The notes under the pieces: model-generated
What the model saw: only the letters and a program-made list of their open reading frames with translations
Database searches by the model: none
What the model was told of the DNA's origin: nothing
Position numbers and translations under genes: made by a program
Source of the DNA: Camelus ferus
Lineage: Eukaryota
NCBI RefSeq assembly: GCF_009834535.1
Contig: NC_045697.1
Location: 112,284,001 to 112,348,000, forward strand
DNA: 64,000 nucleotides
Reading direction: 5' to 3'
In this document: positions 51,401 through 64,000 of the stretch, piece by piece
Layout: each line of letters opens with the position of its first letter
Numbering within the stretch: the stretch's first letter is position 1

Positions 51401-52911
51401 TTTTTTTTACATTAAACTTTACATTTTTATTTAAATTTAAAAAAATTATTTATTGATTGATTTTTTATTGAAGTACAGTTGGTTTCAATATGTCAATTTC
51501 TGGTATACAGCACAGTGTCCCAGTCATGCATATGCATATATATATATATATATATTTGTTTTCATATTCTTTTTCATTAAAGGTTATTACAAGATATTGA
51601 ATATAGTTCCCTGTGCTGTACAGAAGAAAAATTTTTAAATCTATTTTTATATATCATGGCTAACATTTGTAAATCGCAAACTGCCAAACTTATCCCTTCC
51701 CACCCCCTTTCTTCAGTAACCATAAGGTTGTTTACTATGTCTCCAAGTCTGCTTCTGTTTTGCAAGTGAGTTCACAGTGTCCTTTTTTATTCTTTTTTTC
51801 TTTTTTAGATTCCACATATGAGTGATATATGGCATTTTTCTTTTTCTTTCTGGCTTAGGTCACTTAGAATGACGATCCCTTGGTCCATCCATGTTGCTGC
51901 AAATGGCATTATTTTATTATTTTTTATGGCTGAGTAGTATTACATTGTATAAATATACCACAACTTCTTTATCCAGTCATCTGTTGATGGACACTTAGGT
52001 TGTTTCCATGTCTTGGCTATTGTATATAGTGCTGCTGTGAGCATTGGGCTGCATGTATCTTTTCAAATTAGAGTTCACTTTGGATATATACCCGTAAGTG
52101 GGATTGCTGAATCATATGGTAAGTTTTTCTTTAGTTTTTTGAGGAATCTCCATACTGTTTTCCATAAAGGCTGCACCAAACTTCATTCCACGAGCAGTGT
52201 AGGAGGGTTCCCTTTTCTGCACAGCCTCTCCAGCATTTATCATTAGTGGACTTCTGAATGATGACCATTCTCACTGGTGTGAAGTGATACCTCATTGTAG
52301 CTTTAATTAGCATTTTTTCTGATAATGATATTGGGCATTTTTTCATGTGCCTATTGCCTATTTGTATGTCTTCATTGGAGAATTGCTTGTTTAGGTCTTC
52401 TGCCCATTTTTGGATTGGGTTGTTTGTTGTTGTTGTCGAGTTGTATGAGCTGTTTATATATTCTGGAAGTTAAACTTTTGTCAGTCACGTCATTTGCAAA
52501 TATTTTCTCCCATTCTGCAGGTTGTCGTTTTATTTTGCTTATGGTTTCCTTTGCTATGCAAAAGCTTGAGAGTTTAATTAAGTCCCATTTTAAAATTTTT
52601 GCTTTCATTTCTATTGCCTAAGTAGACTGCCCTAGGAGAACATTGCTAAGATGTATGTCAGAAAATAATTTGCCTATGTTTTCTTCTAGGAGGATTATAG
52701 TGAGTGTCTTGTCTTATATTAAGTCTTTCAGCCATTTTGAATTTATTTTTGTGTATGGTATGTGAAGTGTTCTAACTTCATTGATTTATATGCTGCTGTT
52801 CAGTCTTCCCAACGCCACTTGCTGAAGAGATTGCATTTTCTCCGTTGCATATTCTTGCCTCCTTTGTCAAAGATTAATTGACTATAAGTCTGTGGGTTTA
52901 TTTCTGGGCTT
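51401..52911 (-). mobile_element. 5'-truncated L1 (about 1.5 kb; ORF2 C-terminus and 3' UTR)
   Basis: ORFs [33 protein letters not shown] (52372-52608) and [10 protein letters not shown]...[15 protein letters not shown] (52131-52346). Approximate TSD tccaaaaagggtg / tccaaaagggggtg. Confidence 0.93.
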
Positions 52912-54439
52912 TCCAAAAGGGGGTGTTCATAATAGAGTCATCTGAATATTTTATAAATTCCTTGGAATGATTTTTATTTATAGTACTTGGTAGAATTATA
53001 ATTGGATATGAAATAATCATCATATAGTTTCAAAATCTCTAATTGCTTACTATATAAATATTTCCTCAATAGCTTTATCAAATTCTGAATAACTTATTTC
53101 AAGTTAATATTTAAATTAAAATAAAACAAAATCACAAAGTTACCCTCTATATTATGAATGAGATTTCCAAAGGAGCATGACAACATATTCTGCTGTGGTT
53201 GTATATAAAATAGTGATAATGAATGGACAATTAATAATTTGACAAGTACAAAGCTGTGAAATAAATCAAAATTAGAATCAATTTTCCAGTATTAAAATTG
53301 GATTTAAGAGCAGGTCTGAAGTCCTCAGCAATGGGAAAATTTCCAAAATGATGGTAGCAGATCTCCTGTTTTAAATTGGATATATACTAACTCTCCACAC
53401 CTCAGTCTCCTCACCAGAAGAAAGGAATGAATAAAAGTAGAGTGACTTTCCTCCTACCCTACAGATGATAAGATCCGAGTTTTCCATAAGTGTATGTATT
53501 GAGTTGAACTGCCTTGTTCTAATCTTGTGATGATTTTTCATTTTTTAAAAGTATAAAGAATAATTAAATGCATATTAACTCTTTAAGTGTATGTGTGTGT
53601 GTGTGTGTATCTATATATGTAATTTGCAAAGATCAAATGTGGTTTTGTGGTTGACATTCACAGCATACACTTCTTTCCTCCCCACTCCTGCCATTCTGCC
53701 TTCTGTCTGTGTGTGTCTCTTTTCCTTCAATTTTGTCTCTGTAGGTCTCCCTCTGTCTGACTGTCTCTCACTCACTAACACACATACATAGGACTTGAAA
53801 AGTACCCTCTTTTCTTTTCCTTAAAGCTTCTCCCAAACATTCTTAATGAAACCAGCCCTCGTGAGCTCTTTTCCTTCTCAACCATTCCTCTTGTTGCCCC
53901 ATTTTAATTCACAGCATTACACTCAAAAGGGGAAGTAAATACCCACATTCCTTCCTGTTGTCCTTGTCATTACCTGATGTTTGTGGTCCCCATGGATGAG
54001 GAGCAGGACTCAGTATTTCTTTGCTTCTCTCTGAAATTCTTCCCACTCACCACAAATACCCACTTCCTCCTCCTTCTATGTTTGAGAGTTTATAACTGTC
54101 ATTATTATGACCAACATCTTAGCATCAGTGTAACTGAACACTATTTCCCCGTTTCATATCCCAAACAAGTGCTGGCATCCCACTTGCTCAAAAGTTCAGC
54201 CAAGTCCAGTGGTGGTTTCTGTATTGTCCACCCATACTTGGTCTGTGGAATGGAAGGAGATTGGTTCCCCATCTGTAATAGCGATCTCATCTCTGTAATT
54301 AGAAAAAAAATAATTTGGTTAAAGATACAAAGTGACTTGAGCCTGATTGGGAGTGGGGAGAGGAAATGACAGAGCAAGATCCTTGGCTTGTTGGGGATCT
54401 AATTTGGTGAGCTGAGATGTATTTTCCTCCCATGCCTGA

Positions 54440-55020
54440 CACATGGTCATGCATTACCTATTAAAAAGCTTTTTTTTTTTTAATACCAGGGACTATTCCA
54501 GGCACCTCTAGGGAGGTGCACAAATCAATAAGACATTCTTTCATGCAGCATTCTTTCCATTTTAATAGAGAAGGATGGTCAATCAAAGTTTTTATCAATT
54601 GAAAATATATTAGATTGTTATAAGAACCATGATTATATATTTATAAATTTATATAAATCTGTAAATAAAACAGAACATATTAAACAGTCTTTGTGGTCTG
54701 GAAGCCTTAATTGTAGAAGTGATATTTGAACGGAGACCAAATGCTTGAAGTAGCTAGCTCTTTGAAGAGTTAGTGGAAAGGTATTTCAAGTAGAGGAAAC
54801 AGCAAAAGCAAAGGACCTAAATTGGTAAGCCCAGCTAATCTGGGGAGAATGTCATGATTTAAGAGGAGACTGGTACAAGAGGATGTCATAAAGACAGTCG
54901 AGGAAGAGTTCATGTAGAGCTGAGATCAGAGTGTGGGGAGAGAGAGAGCCATTTGAAGATTTAAGGCAAAGATCTAACATGACTTGCAATACATTTTTAA
55001 AAAGTTGTTGAAAGAAGAAT
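54440..55020 (-). mobile_element. L2 fragment
   Basis: 'tttcaagtagaggaaacagcaaaagcaaaggacctaa...gagccatttgaagatttaaggcaaagatctaacatgac'. Confidence 0.6.
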
Positions 55021-55124
55021 GCATGAGAATGAGTCAAGAATGTATGATTTTGGACAAGTCCCACAATCTTGTTGGCATATGCAAAACGGAGATAACTACA
55101 GTGTCTATAGTATTGGTTATAAAG

Positions 55125-55534
55125 TGTACTTGTTTTTAGGGTTGCTATAACAAAGCATGTCAAATTGAGTAGCTTAAAGAAATGTCTTGTGTCACAATTC
55201 TGCAGACGAGCAGTCCAAGATGAAGGTGTTGCCGATTCCCTGTGGAGCGTTAGGGAAGGGTCTGTTCCGGGCCTCTCCCCTGACTTCCAGGAGGTGGTTC
55301 CTTGACTTTCAGGGCATGACTCCAGTTTTCACATAGCATTCTCCCTGTGTACCTCTTTCTGTGTCCAAATCCCCCCTCCCCTTTTTAAAACTAAGGACAC
55401 ACTCACAATGGATTAGGCCCCTCAACTAATGCCTCACATTTCATCTGTAATTTCCACATAAGTTCAGATTTTCAGGTACTAGGGTTTAAGATTTTAACAT
55501 GTGAATTTCGTTGGGGCACAGTTCACCCCTGACA
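55125..55534 (-). mobile_element. MaLR solo LTR (MLT1B/C-like)
   Basis: TG...CA ends. 'tagggttgctataacaaag...tcacaattctgcagac...gtccaagatgaaggtgttg...taaggacac...ggattaggccc...ggggcacagttcacccctgaca'. Confidence 0.8.
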
Positions 55535-57351
55535 GGAAGATTGAATGGATTGGATATGTAAAGCATTTAACAAAAGAGCTTCCAGAAAAGAAAACAATCA
55601 ATCTTTGTTATCTCAGTGTATATAGTCACACCTCTGTCACACTATTGGTGTGTATGTAGCTTGTTAAAGGTGGAGTTACTCATCTTGTGTTCTCCCCTCC
55701 TTCACAGCTGATAGCCTGGGACATCTGCAGACTCCTATATTGCATAAATATGATCAATGCTCTTTGGTCCTGTAGATTTTGTTACACAGTTAGCTTCTGT
55801 ATGTCTAATAAAGTTGATGTTTCTTTGAATTCCTGTGTTCATACGTGTTCACTCCAGTAAATCTCTGGAATGAGGCAAAGTAGTGTGAGCGAGATTATTG
55901 ACCAGGGTTTGCTGAGTTTAGCTGTATGTCACGTTTGGTTGGTCAAGAGAAATATTGAAGGTGAGGTGAGGCCCCTGAGCAGCTGGGGTAGGTAAGCACA
56001 CCATGTGGAACTGTTACTAGAAAAAGGTGCCAACTGGAGAGAGTTAGAAAAAGGAGAGAGGGTTCATTTAGAATTTGCTCAAGTGAAGAGTGAATCAACA
56101 AGTTCCACAGAATTTAAGTTGTCTTAAAGGACATGCCATTGACAGATTGATCTCAGTCTCTTACTTTGGGCTAGGGTTGCTCCAAAACAAAGCAATTTAT
56201 TCAACCCAATGGTCTCATTCTTCTGGAGGTGTGTAAAGTTACACATATCTGGGGTTTTAATACCAAAAAACCGAACACCTTTAAACCTGACGGTTACTCA
56301 ATCCATGCAAATGCCAGGAATTATATCCGTACATTTATTTCAATGGTCACATAGAATTTCCATATCTAACCTATATCAAGGGTCACAGAGATTCACCATT
56401 CCTGAAGAACCAGAAAGTTTAATAGTGCAAACTGCTGAATTCTATTGGCCTGATATTTATTACAGCTACACATCTTAATTAATTATTGTAGAACAACCAA
56501 TGTTGATGGGGTTGTTGATTCACAGGGATGGCCTGAGGTTGGGGGAAATGTTATCAGCCTCTTCACTGTGGAAGATTCAATTTCATACAGCTTTACTCTT
56601 TATTGCTAAATTTTTGCTGGAAATATACCTAAATCTCCTCTTTAAATATTATAAGCATGATGTCTATTGTACAGGATATTCAGTAGGTTTTTGTCTGTTT
56701 TCTTTTTTTTCTTTTAAATGAATTAACCATTTGGCATAAAGGATGGGAAGACCTTTAATGATGATGTACTTGATTTTATAATCTTTTCTATGTTAGCCCA
56801 TAAATACTGAAATATTTTCAGGGCCCAAAGGTTAGTATTGGCTTATATAATTCTGAAATATAATTATTTCTCACCATTAATAAAAGCTTTAGACTTTAAA
56901 GATGACAATTCCCCCGAATAATCAAACCAGAGCTATGAAAGTGAGCAAGAAAATGATGAAAAATAAGTCCAGACCTTTTTTGAATACATATTTGTAATCA
57001 AAGGACTACACTATATTTTGAAGCCTAAAATGGAAATGGACTATAAAGTGTCTGCATAAAATGATCAAAACATGAGCCCCAAGTGCATTTCCTTGAAACC
57101 GTAATTCTTTACACATTGCAGAAACTCATTTTAACAATTTCCATCCAGTGGCAAAGAATGCTAAGACTCAGAAGTAAGATTAACTAGGATCCCTAGGATG
57201 GAAGATGATTAAAGCCTTGACTTTGGAAGAGGATGTCACATTCCTATTTAACTCTAGAACAGAAACCAGAACTCAGATCTCCCCACTTTTATTGACATGA
57301 TGTTGCCTTCTGTGAGTCCAGGCTACTTTCCTTAAAAAGGCTTTCTTACTC

Positions 57352-57492
57352 GTATCTTGTAATAACCGATAATGGAAAAGAATTTGAAAAAGATTTTATA
57401 TGTACATATCTACGTTATGTATAACTGAATCACTTTGTGTACACCTGAAACATTGTAAATCAAGTATACTTAAATTAAAAAAAAAGTTTCAC
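57352..57492 (+). mobile_element. Short L1 3' end with TSD
   Basis: TSD aaggctttcttactc (57337-57351) / aaggctttctcactc (57493-57507), with poly(A). Confidence 0.9.
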
Positions 57493-58399
57493 AAGGCTTT
57501 CTCACTCACTTGCTTTTATGCTAGCTTTTCCTCGTATCATTCAAAACAGGAAAATATAGAAGTTTAAAAAATACTGTTTGTATCTTAAGAATTTATGAAA
57601 TTTAATTTTTCTGTATTTTCCTTCAGAACTTCTCCATATACACAATTATATTTAATACAATTTTCATTTCTGCATTTTACTAAATATTTTAAAATACTTT
57701 ATACATCATATATTTAACATATTGTATATTTTATGTTTTTATATACATATTTTATTTATTGCTAACCCATGTTTTCCTCCTAAATATTTGAATAATCTAA
57801 CAACTAGTTATTAGGTCACAATAAGATTTAACCTAATAAAATATAAGACAAATATATTAGAAATAAAAAAGGAACATAAAATGGAAATGGCACTTTATTA
57901 TAAGATAAAATCATTTGTTCATGATTGAGCCTCCAATATAGATCTAAGGTTTTTAACAGTCATACTAAAGGGAAAATCTAACATCCAAAATGTATTATGT
58001 CTGTAAGAAAAACAAGAGAAGTCATTCAATTATGTACCTTTCTTTTCTTTTTTTTTAAATACTAAGATAAAATTAAGTGTATAAGTAAATAATGTGGATC
58101 AGCCTAGGATAGATACATTTGTGTTTATATTGTGAATAGACCGCCTTTCATCTCTGCATCACATTTTAGAGTTTCACTGAGTAACTTCATGTAATTTTAT
58201 TTATTTACTCATCTATATTTTTAGCACCTTCATTGTGGTATGATTCCTGTGCAGTAAACTTCATTGTAATTTTAAGTAAGAATGAACCTACTGATTAATA
58301 TATACTTCTAATGTTTGTAAATATGTGATGGACAGTTTATGTGTAGCTTTTCCTTCTTTCGTCTACTTCATAAGGAAAAATTCCCCTGATGATGAAATT

Positions 58400-61300
58400 C
58401 TTTAATTTGATGTGTACTGTTAGGCATTTTCTACAGGAATTGTGACAGATACACCAGTATAATCAGGGTATGGATACGTCAGCTTCCCTACAGTCTCACC
58501 ATCTTAGAATATTTTTTTCCTTTTTAAGTACACTTGGAAATAAAATTAATAGGTGATAGTGTATGAACATTTACAAAAATAATTATGACCAAAATGCACA
58601 TCAAATTGGCTTTATCAGATTGTATTCCTGGCTGTAAGTCTGCTTTGAGGCATGGCTACTGAAGTCTTCTTTTAATTTTATTTTAAAGTCCTTGGTCCAG
58701 TCATGTTTTCAACTTAGTCTTGGAACTATTTTGATGAGTAACTTCTTTTTTTTTAAGTTATCCATATAAACTAGATTTCAAACTTATTTTAATAATATTT
58801 TTCATGATATTCTTTTGTAATACTTAAGAGTTTTCTCAGTGTCTGAAGTGAAGTTCTAGTTTTCATTTCTAATAGAGCCTGTTTTTGCCTTCTTTCCTAT
58901 TATTTTCCTGCGTATTCTTGTCTGTTGAATTAGTTCTTTGGAAAAACCAGTGCTTTTCATTTTGTTAGTCAACTCGCTATTGTTTTTACCTTCATTATAG
59001 TCTTTTTCTTTTTCTTTTTCCCTCTAACTTTTTGTGTTACAGGTCAGTATACATTTTCAGTCTTTGGGCTTCACCAAGATGTGTGTAGGGGTATAAATCT
59101 TATTTTAATCATCACTTTGGATATATTCTAACTTAGTGGAAAATAGTGACATAATTTTCATTCAGTTCATAATTCCCTTTTATTTAATATTTCAATGATA
59201 AAATTTCCCAAACTTGGATTTTTATTTAACTCTTAGTTTGCTTTCTAACTATTGTATTGTGATCAATGGTTAGATAATGGCTTTTAAGATATAGTAAGTA
59301 CTTTTTTTTGCCCTTGGAATGTCTTTGTGGTCTACTAGATAGTCAAATTTTATAAATACTCCTTTAGTATATGGTTAGAATATTTATTCTCTACCTATTG
59401 GAGGTATAAAGCATATAAGCCATTTGTTAATTATATCAATCATCTCCTCAATACATTCTTTATTTTTTAAGTATTTCGTTCACTAATTTCTTAGAGAGTT
59501 ATATTAAGTTATCAAATATGACTTATAACTGTTGACCTTTTCTGAAATTAAAGCAGTTTTTTTCCTTATATATGTTAAGGCTATTCTGTAAGGCACATGA
59601 ATATTTCAAACTCGTATCGTTTGGTGTCTTTGTCCATTTGAAAACTTTTTCTCTTTGATTTTAATAATTCACTTTTATTTTGTCTTATGATATTTCTCTT
59701 GGGACTTTATTCTTTTCAGCATTCCTCTACCATTTGATTTTAAGTGGGTCAGTTACAAGCAACAAAAGTTGGATCTTGTCATCTGTGAGAGTCTGCATCT
59801 TTTTAATATGTGAATGTAACTCATTTTCCTGCATGGTACTGTTGAAGAGTGTGGACCTACTCCTGCCATATTATTTTGTCCTTCTTCTTCTTTTTGCTTA
59901 TTTATTTATTAATTAACTCATTTATTTCCATCTTTTTTTTGCCATTTGTTGCATCATTGCATTTTTCCCTTCACTGGTTGGGCAGTTATAATTTATATTC
60001 TTTTGGAGGCTATAATTAGATTTTTGGTTCTTTTTAAAAATTTTTTTAAACTTTATCTTGAAATAATCATAGAATCACAGAAGTTGCAAAAACAGTGCAG
60101 AGATATCCATGTACCTATCACTCAGTTTCCTCTAATGGTAGCATTTTACAAAACCACAGCATTATTGAACCCTCCAAATTGGCATTGGTATATATAATCA
60201 AATAGACTGTGGATTTCACCAGTTTTTGTATGTTTCATTTTGTATGTGTGTGTGTTGTTGCATGACATTTATCACATGTATAGATTTGTGTAAGCAGCAC
60301 TGCAGTCAAGACACAGAGCTGCTCTACCCACAGAGGAATTCCTCATAGTACCTTTCCTGGTAGTTCCACCTTCCACCCCACCGTGTTACTCATCTGCTTT
60401 TTCTCTAAACTGTGTAATGGCAAGGATGTTATGTAAATGGAATCATCCAGTCTGTAAATTTTGAGACAGTGTTTTTTCACTCTACATCTAAATTTTGTGT
60501 GATTCTATAGTTTGTCCCTTTGTAATGCATCCATTGTATGGGTGTCCCAGATTTCGTTTATTTTGGGGCTATTACAAAAATGCTGCTGTAAATATTTATG
60601 GGCAGATTTTGATGTGAACATATGTTTTCATTTCTGTAGAATAAATGCCTAGGAATATGCTTGCATTTTTAATACAAAATTAATCTTGTATCTTTTTAAA
60701 CAGAGTCTAGATTTAATCAATAGTCATATACTCCCTCCCCCAGACAAATCTGTGTACTGAATATACTAAGTAGATTGTACCTTTGCTGTAATCCACTGCT
60801 ATTATCCTATTGCCTGGAATTTTAGTTCCAACTTCTTATTACAAACTTTGTAATTGCTACCTATTTAAGTGTTATAATAGATCTTTATTAATTCAGTTTT
60901 TTTTATTTTTGCATCTTATTATTTCCTTCTAGCATTTTTTTCTTCTTGGCTTTATTTAGAAAAGGTTTTGTGTGTGGTTTATTTTCCAAGTCCTCAGATG
61001 TCTGCAAATGCTGTTATTGAGCTCATCTTTCTTGAATAAAGGTTGGACTATTAGAGATTTTTAGATTTCTATTATTTTTTTAAAGATAAATATATTCTTT
61101 TTTGAAGATACTTTATTTTAAAGGTACTGTTTCAATAGTTCTTGTATTCAAACTTTGCAAATCATAAGATTGAAGGAGTGTATTTTCTCCATTTCAGGAA
61201 TAATCTATTCTCTATTTGCATGCTTTTAGATTTTTTTCTTATCCTTTGTTTTCAAGTTTCATTTGGACCATGTTCTTAGGCCCTATAATTTTGCTTTAAT

Positions 61301-61600
61301 TCTTTTCATTATGCAGTGGGCTCTTTCCATTGGAGAACTTGCCCCACCCTTCCCCTCCTCCCAGCTTTGAAAAACACTCAGCATTATTTCTTCAAATATA
61401 GATTAATTTACATTCTCACTTATATTATCTCTTTTATTTCTTCTCTAGAGCTACTAAGAGATAGATTTTGGAAACTTCTGAATCTGCATTCCCCATTTCC
61501 TTCTTTAGTCATTTGCTGAGTTTGCACTATGGCAATTATATATAGCATTTTTAGTCATTTTATTACTGTTAGATTTTTATTGCATCACTTTCTATGCTTA
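58400..61600 (-). mobile_element. Long, highly decayed ancient L1M remnants
   Basis: T-rich L1-antisense signature throughout. Boundaries very approximate. Confidence 0.45.
60035..60660 (-). mobile_element. Old L1 3' UTR (L1MC/MD-like)
   Basis: 'ttgaaataatcatagaatcacagaagttgcaaaaacagtgcagagatatccatgtacctatcactcagtttcctctaatggtagcatttt'. Confidence 0.7.
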
Positions 61601-61711
61601 TTTCATGTAAACATTTCCTTCCTTTCAATGAGAATGTTAACTTACTGATTTTAGTAAGTTAATATTGATTGATTCATCTTAGCATTCTAATGTGTGCAAT
61701 TTGTTGATTCA

Positions 61712-61845
61712 TTCTGATAGTGTCGATCTTTGTCAGTGTTGCTCTATGTTTCTGATAGTGTTGGTCTTTGTCAGTGTTGCTCGGTGTTTCTGATAGTGTT
61801 GGTCTTTGTCAATGTTGCTCAGTATTTCTAACAGTGTTGGTCTTT
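61712..61845. repeat. Minisatellite, 38-bp unit, about 3.5 copies
   Basis: Units start at 61712, 61750, 61788 and 61826. Consensus ttctgatagtgttggtctttgtcagtgttgctcngtgt. Confidence 0.9.
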
Positions 61846-64000
61846 CCCTGGGCTGCTTTTGGTACTGATGCACATGCTGAGCGTGTGCACACGTGTGGGA
61901 ACTGAGATACATACCTTCAGGATGAGGCTACACGGGGCGGGGGGGGGAGGTCCCAGCGCTTCTCAGGTGGAAGTTTATTGCCGGGGTGTGTCTCCTCCCT
62001 TTCCCTGGAATTACCTCTGCTGATTCTCTTCCTTTTTAAGGATGTATACAGTTATTAATTAAAAATATATATCCATTCTCTTTTCTAAAGTTTTGGTGCA
62101 GAATGGGGAGAATATAGTTTGTGCCTAGTTTTCTTGTAAGCTGAAGCTTTTAACATATTCCTAGTAACAGTCGCCTAAATCATACTTAGTTATGCAGTAA
62201 ATGTTAAAAAAATTATATTTTTTAGGTTATGGAGGCAAATCATCTCTTTTAGGATTGTTTTTGTTTTTGTTTTTTTGGCAACCCCATTTAAGCTGGTTTA
62301 AAAAAAGTTCAAATCCATTTGAGGTTTAGTAATTATATTATCTCTAGATTAATTTGAGTATTTTTCTCCTCCAGATGTTTATTTTGCAGTGGCTTATTTA
62401 AGATGAAAATGATTGCTCCCTTGAGCTATCAAAATCATTTAAAAAATCTATTGGTGTTTTGTGCTTTTTTGGGGATATAGTTCTTAAATTACTTTTATAT
62501 TTTTTCTTAGCCTTCCTAAAATTGAGTTACCAACTTATTTGTCAGTTTTGAAATGTATTCTTTTATTTCTACATTGATTTCCATCCTGCTAAGATTTATT
62601 TATTAGTATGCAGCAATGGCGTGTTGTCTTGTTGTCTATTGGAGAATTCTGCTGAAAGGGACAGGAACGCAATACAGAAGGATTTTCATTTAAGCCAAGT
62701 CCTGGATTTTTTCAAAATCACTGTGAATTATAAAGGAGGCAACAATAAAAAGTCTTATCAATACTACATGAAGTAATTTGCCTTTACCATTGTCCTGATA
62801 CAGAAAGTGCAAAACCACATTCATTTGCACGCTGTGTAAAATAACAATGTAAAGACCGAAAGTGATCATTGTTTCCGTGTGAATTTCCTTTGGCCTGATG
62901 CTAAAATTTGGCATCAATGTGGTTGTGCAGGATTTGACTAGAAGGAGAAGGGCCAAGAAAGGAATGCTGCCAGGGCAAACATTACATTTTGTTACGCATA
63001 AGCACCCTCCAATGTTCTCAGTCTCATGGCTTACTCTGTATCTTTATTCTATTGATTATCTCATAAAATGGAAGTAAAACATTGTGAATCTGAATTGGAT
63101 AAATATAATTATATGTTCTATGTTTGAAATGGTATTAAGCCTTAAAATTGTGGAAAGAACAGCATTCTGTGCAATGTTAAGCGAAGAGCAAATTCAAATG
63201 GATTTTGCTGAGGAAATTCATTTCACAAGTGTATAACTCAGAGAGTAAGAACGTTAAATCTTATATTAAATATTTAATTGTGTACAATGACTAGCACATT
63301 AGTGATTATTTATTGATATTAAATCGTTATGCTAGTAATTGTTCATGGTAATATATTTCCCTATTTTTGTTGTGTGTCTATTAAATATTAGTAAGAAATG
63401 ACATCATTCAAATCTTTTCAGAGCTCTCCTCCCACATTAAAAAAACGGCAAAACAAAACAGGTAGGAAATAATGAATTCACTCAATTAAGACACATTCAG
63501 ATACTCCTGGTTTATGGATTTGAAGGCCTTGATTAATTCTTCCCTGTCTTCATTTCCCTTTTACATTATAATTTCGCCTTTTTCTTGTTCTAGTCAGTGT
63601 TGTTAAAATACTTTATCATCCTACTTACCTACATGCTAGTTATTTTTTCTAAATTTAAACTGCTTTATTGTAACAGAGAATGCTGTTGCTTTTTGAGTAT
63701 CTAGAAAACCAAATTCCAGTTCATCATGCTTTATGAAATTTATGATTAATTATTGAATTATTTATTTAATCAACCTGGGATGACCCTGGGGTGAGAAATA
63801 ATTTCTCAAAATGTAATTAAAATAAATATCATTTATTAATATATGTCCTGTTAGTTTAATTAATTAAGAAATCTTGATGCGGAAAATTGAATTACTATTT
63901 TCCCTCTAGATTTATGTCCCAGTTTACTCAGTGACATTAAAATATACTGAAACTGTTTGGCCTATGCCATTTTAGGGTTTATGTTTCATATTATCCACAT

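Noticed and set aside
61712..61845. CRISPR-like array
   Set aside because: Units are head-to-tail with no unique spacers, there are no cas genes, and the context is mammalian.
62690..62956. 88-aa minus-strand ORF
   Set aside because: Non-ATG start and no recognisable homology.

Overview
Mammalian, AT-rich, CpG-depleted genomic DNA, most likely camelid (inferred from three copies of a tRNA-Ala(AGC)-derived SINE with a camelid Vic-1-like body, plus cetartiodactyl-type L1 3' UTRs). The window is dominated by interspersed repeats: one near full-length, decayed minus-strand L1 (about 16.7-23.4 kb) inserted in a Tc2/Kanga-like DNA transposon, many 5'-truncated L1 3' ends with visible target-site duplications (TSDs), two related ERV1-class solo LTRs, MaLR/ERVL LTRs, a MER47/Tigger-like element, and old L2/MIR debris. 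I recognise no host protein-coding gene. The ORFs in the track are L1 fragments or chance frames. L1s and LTRs are strongly biased to the minus strand, which suggests an intron of a plus-strand gene. I found no previously undescribed biological system. The best observations are retrotransposition fossils readable from the sequence: a probable L1 3' transduction, a twin-primed and tail-less L1, and three-layer nesting. There are also a few unverified splice-flanked segments. Repeat family names come from my recall of consensus sequences, not a search, and boundaries of old repeats are approximate.
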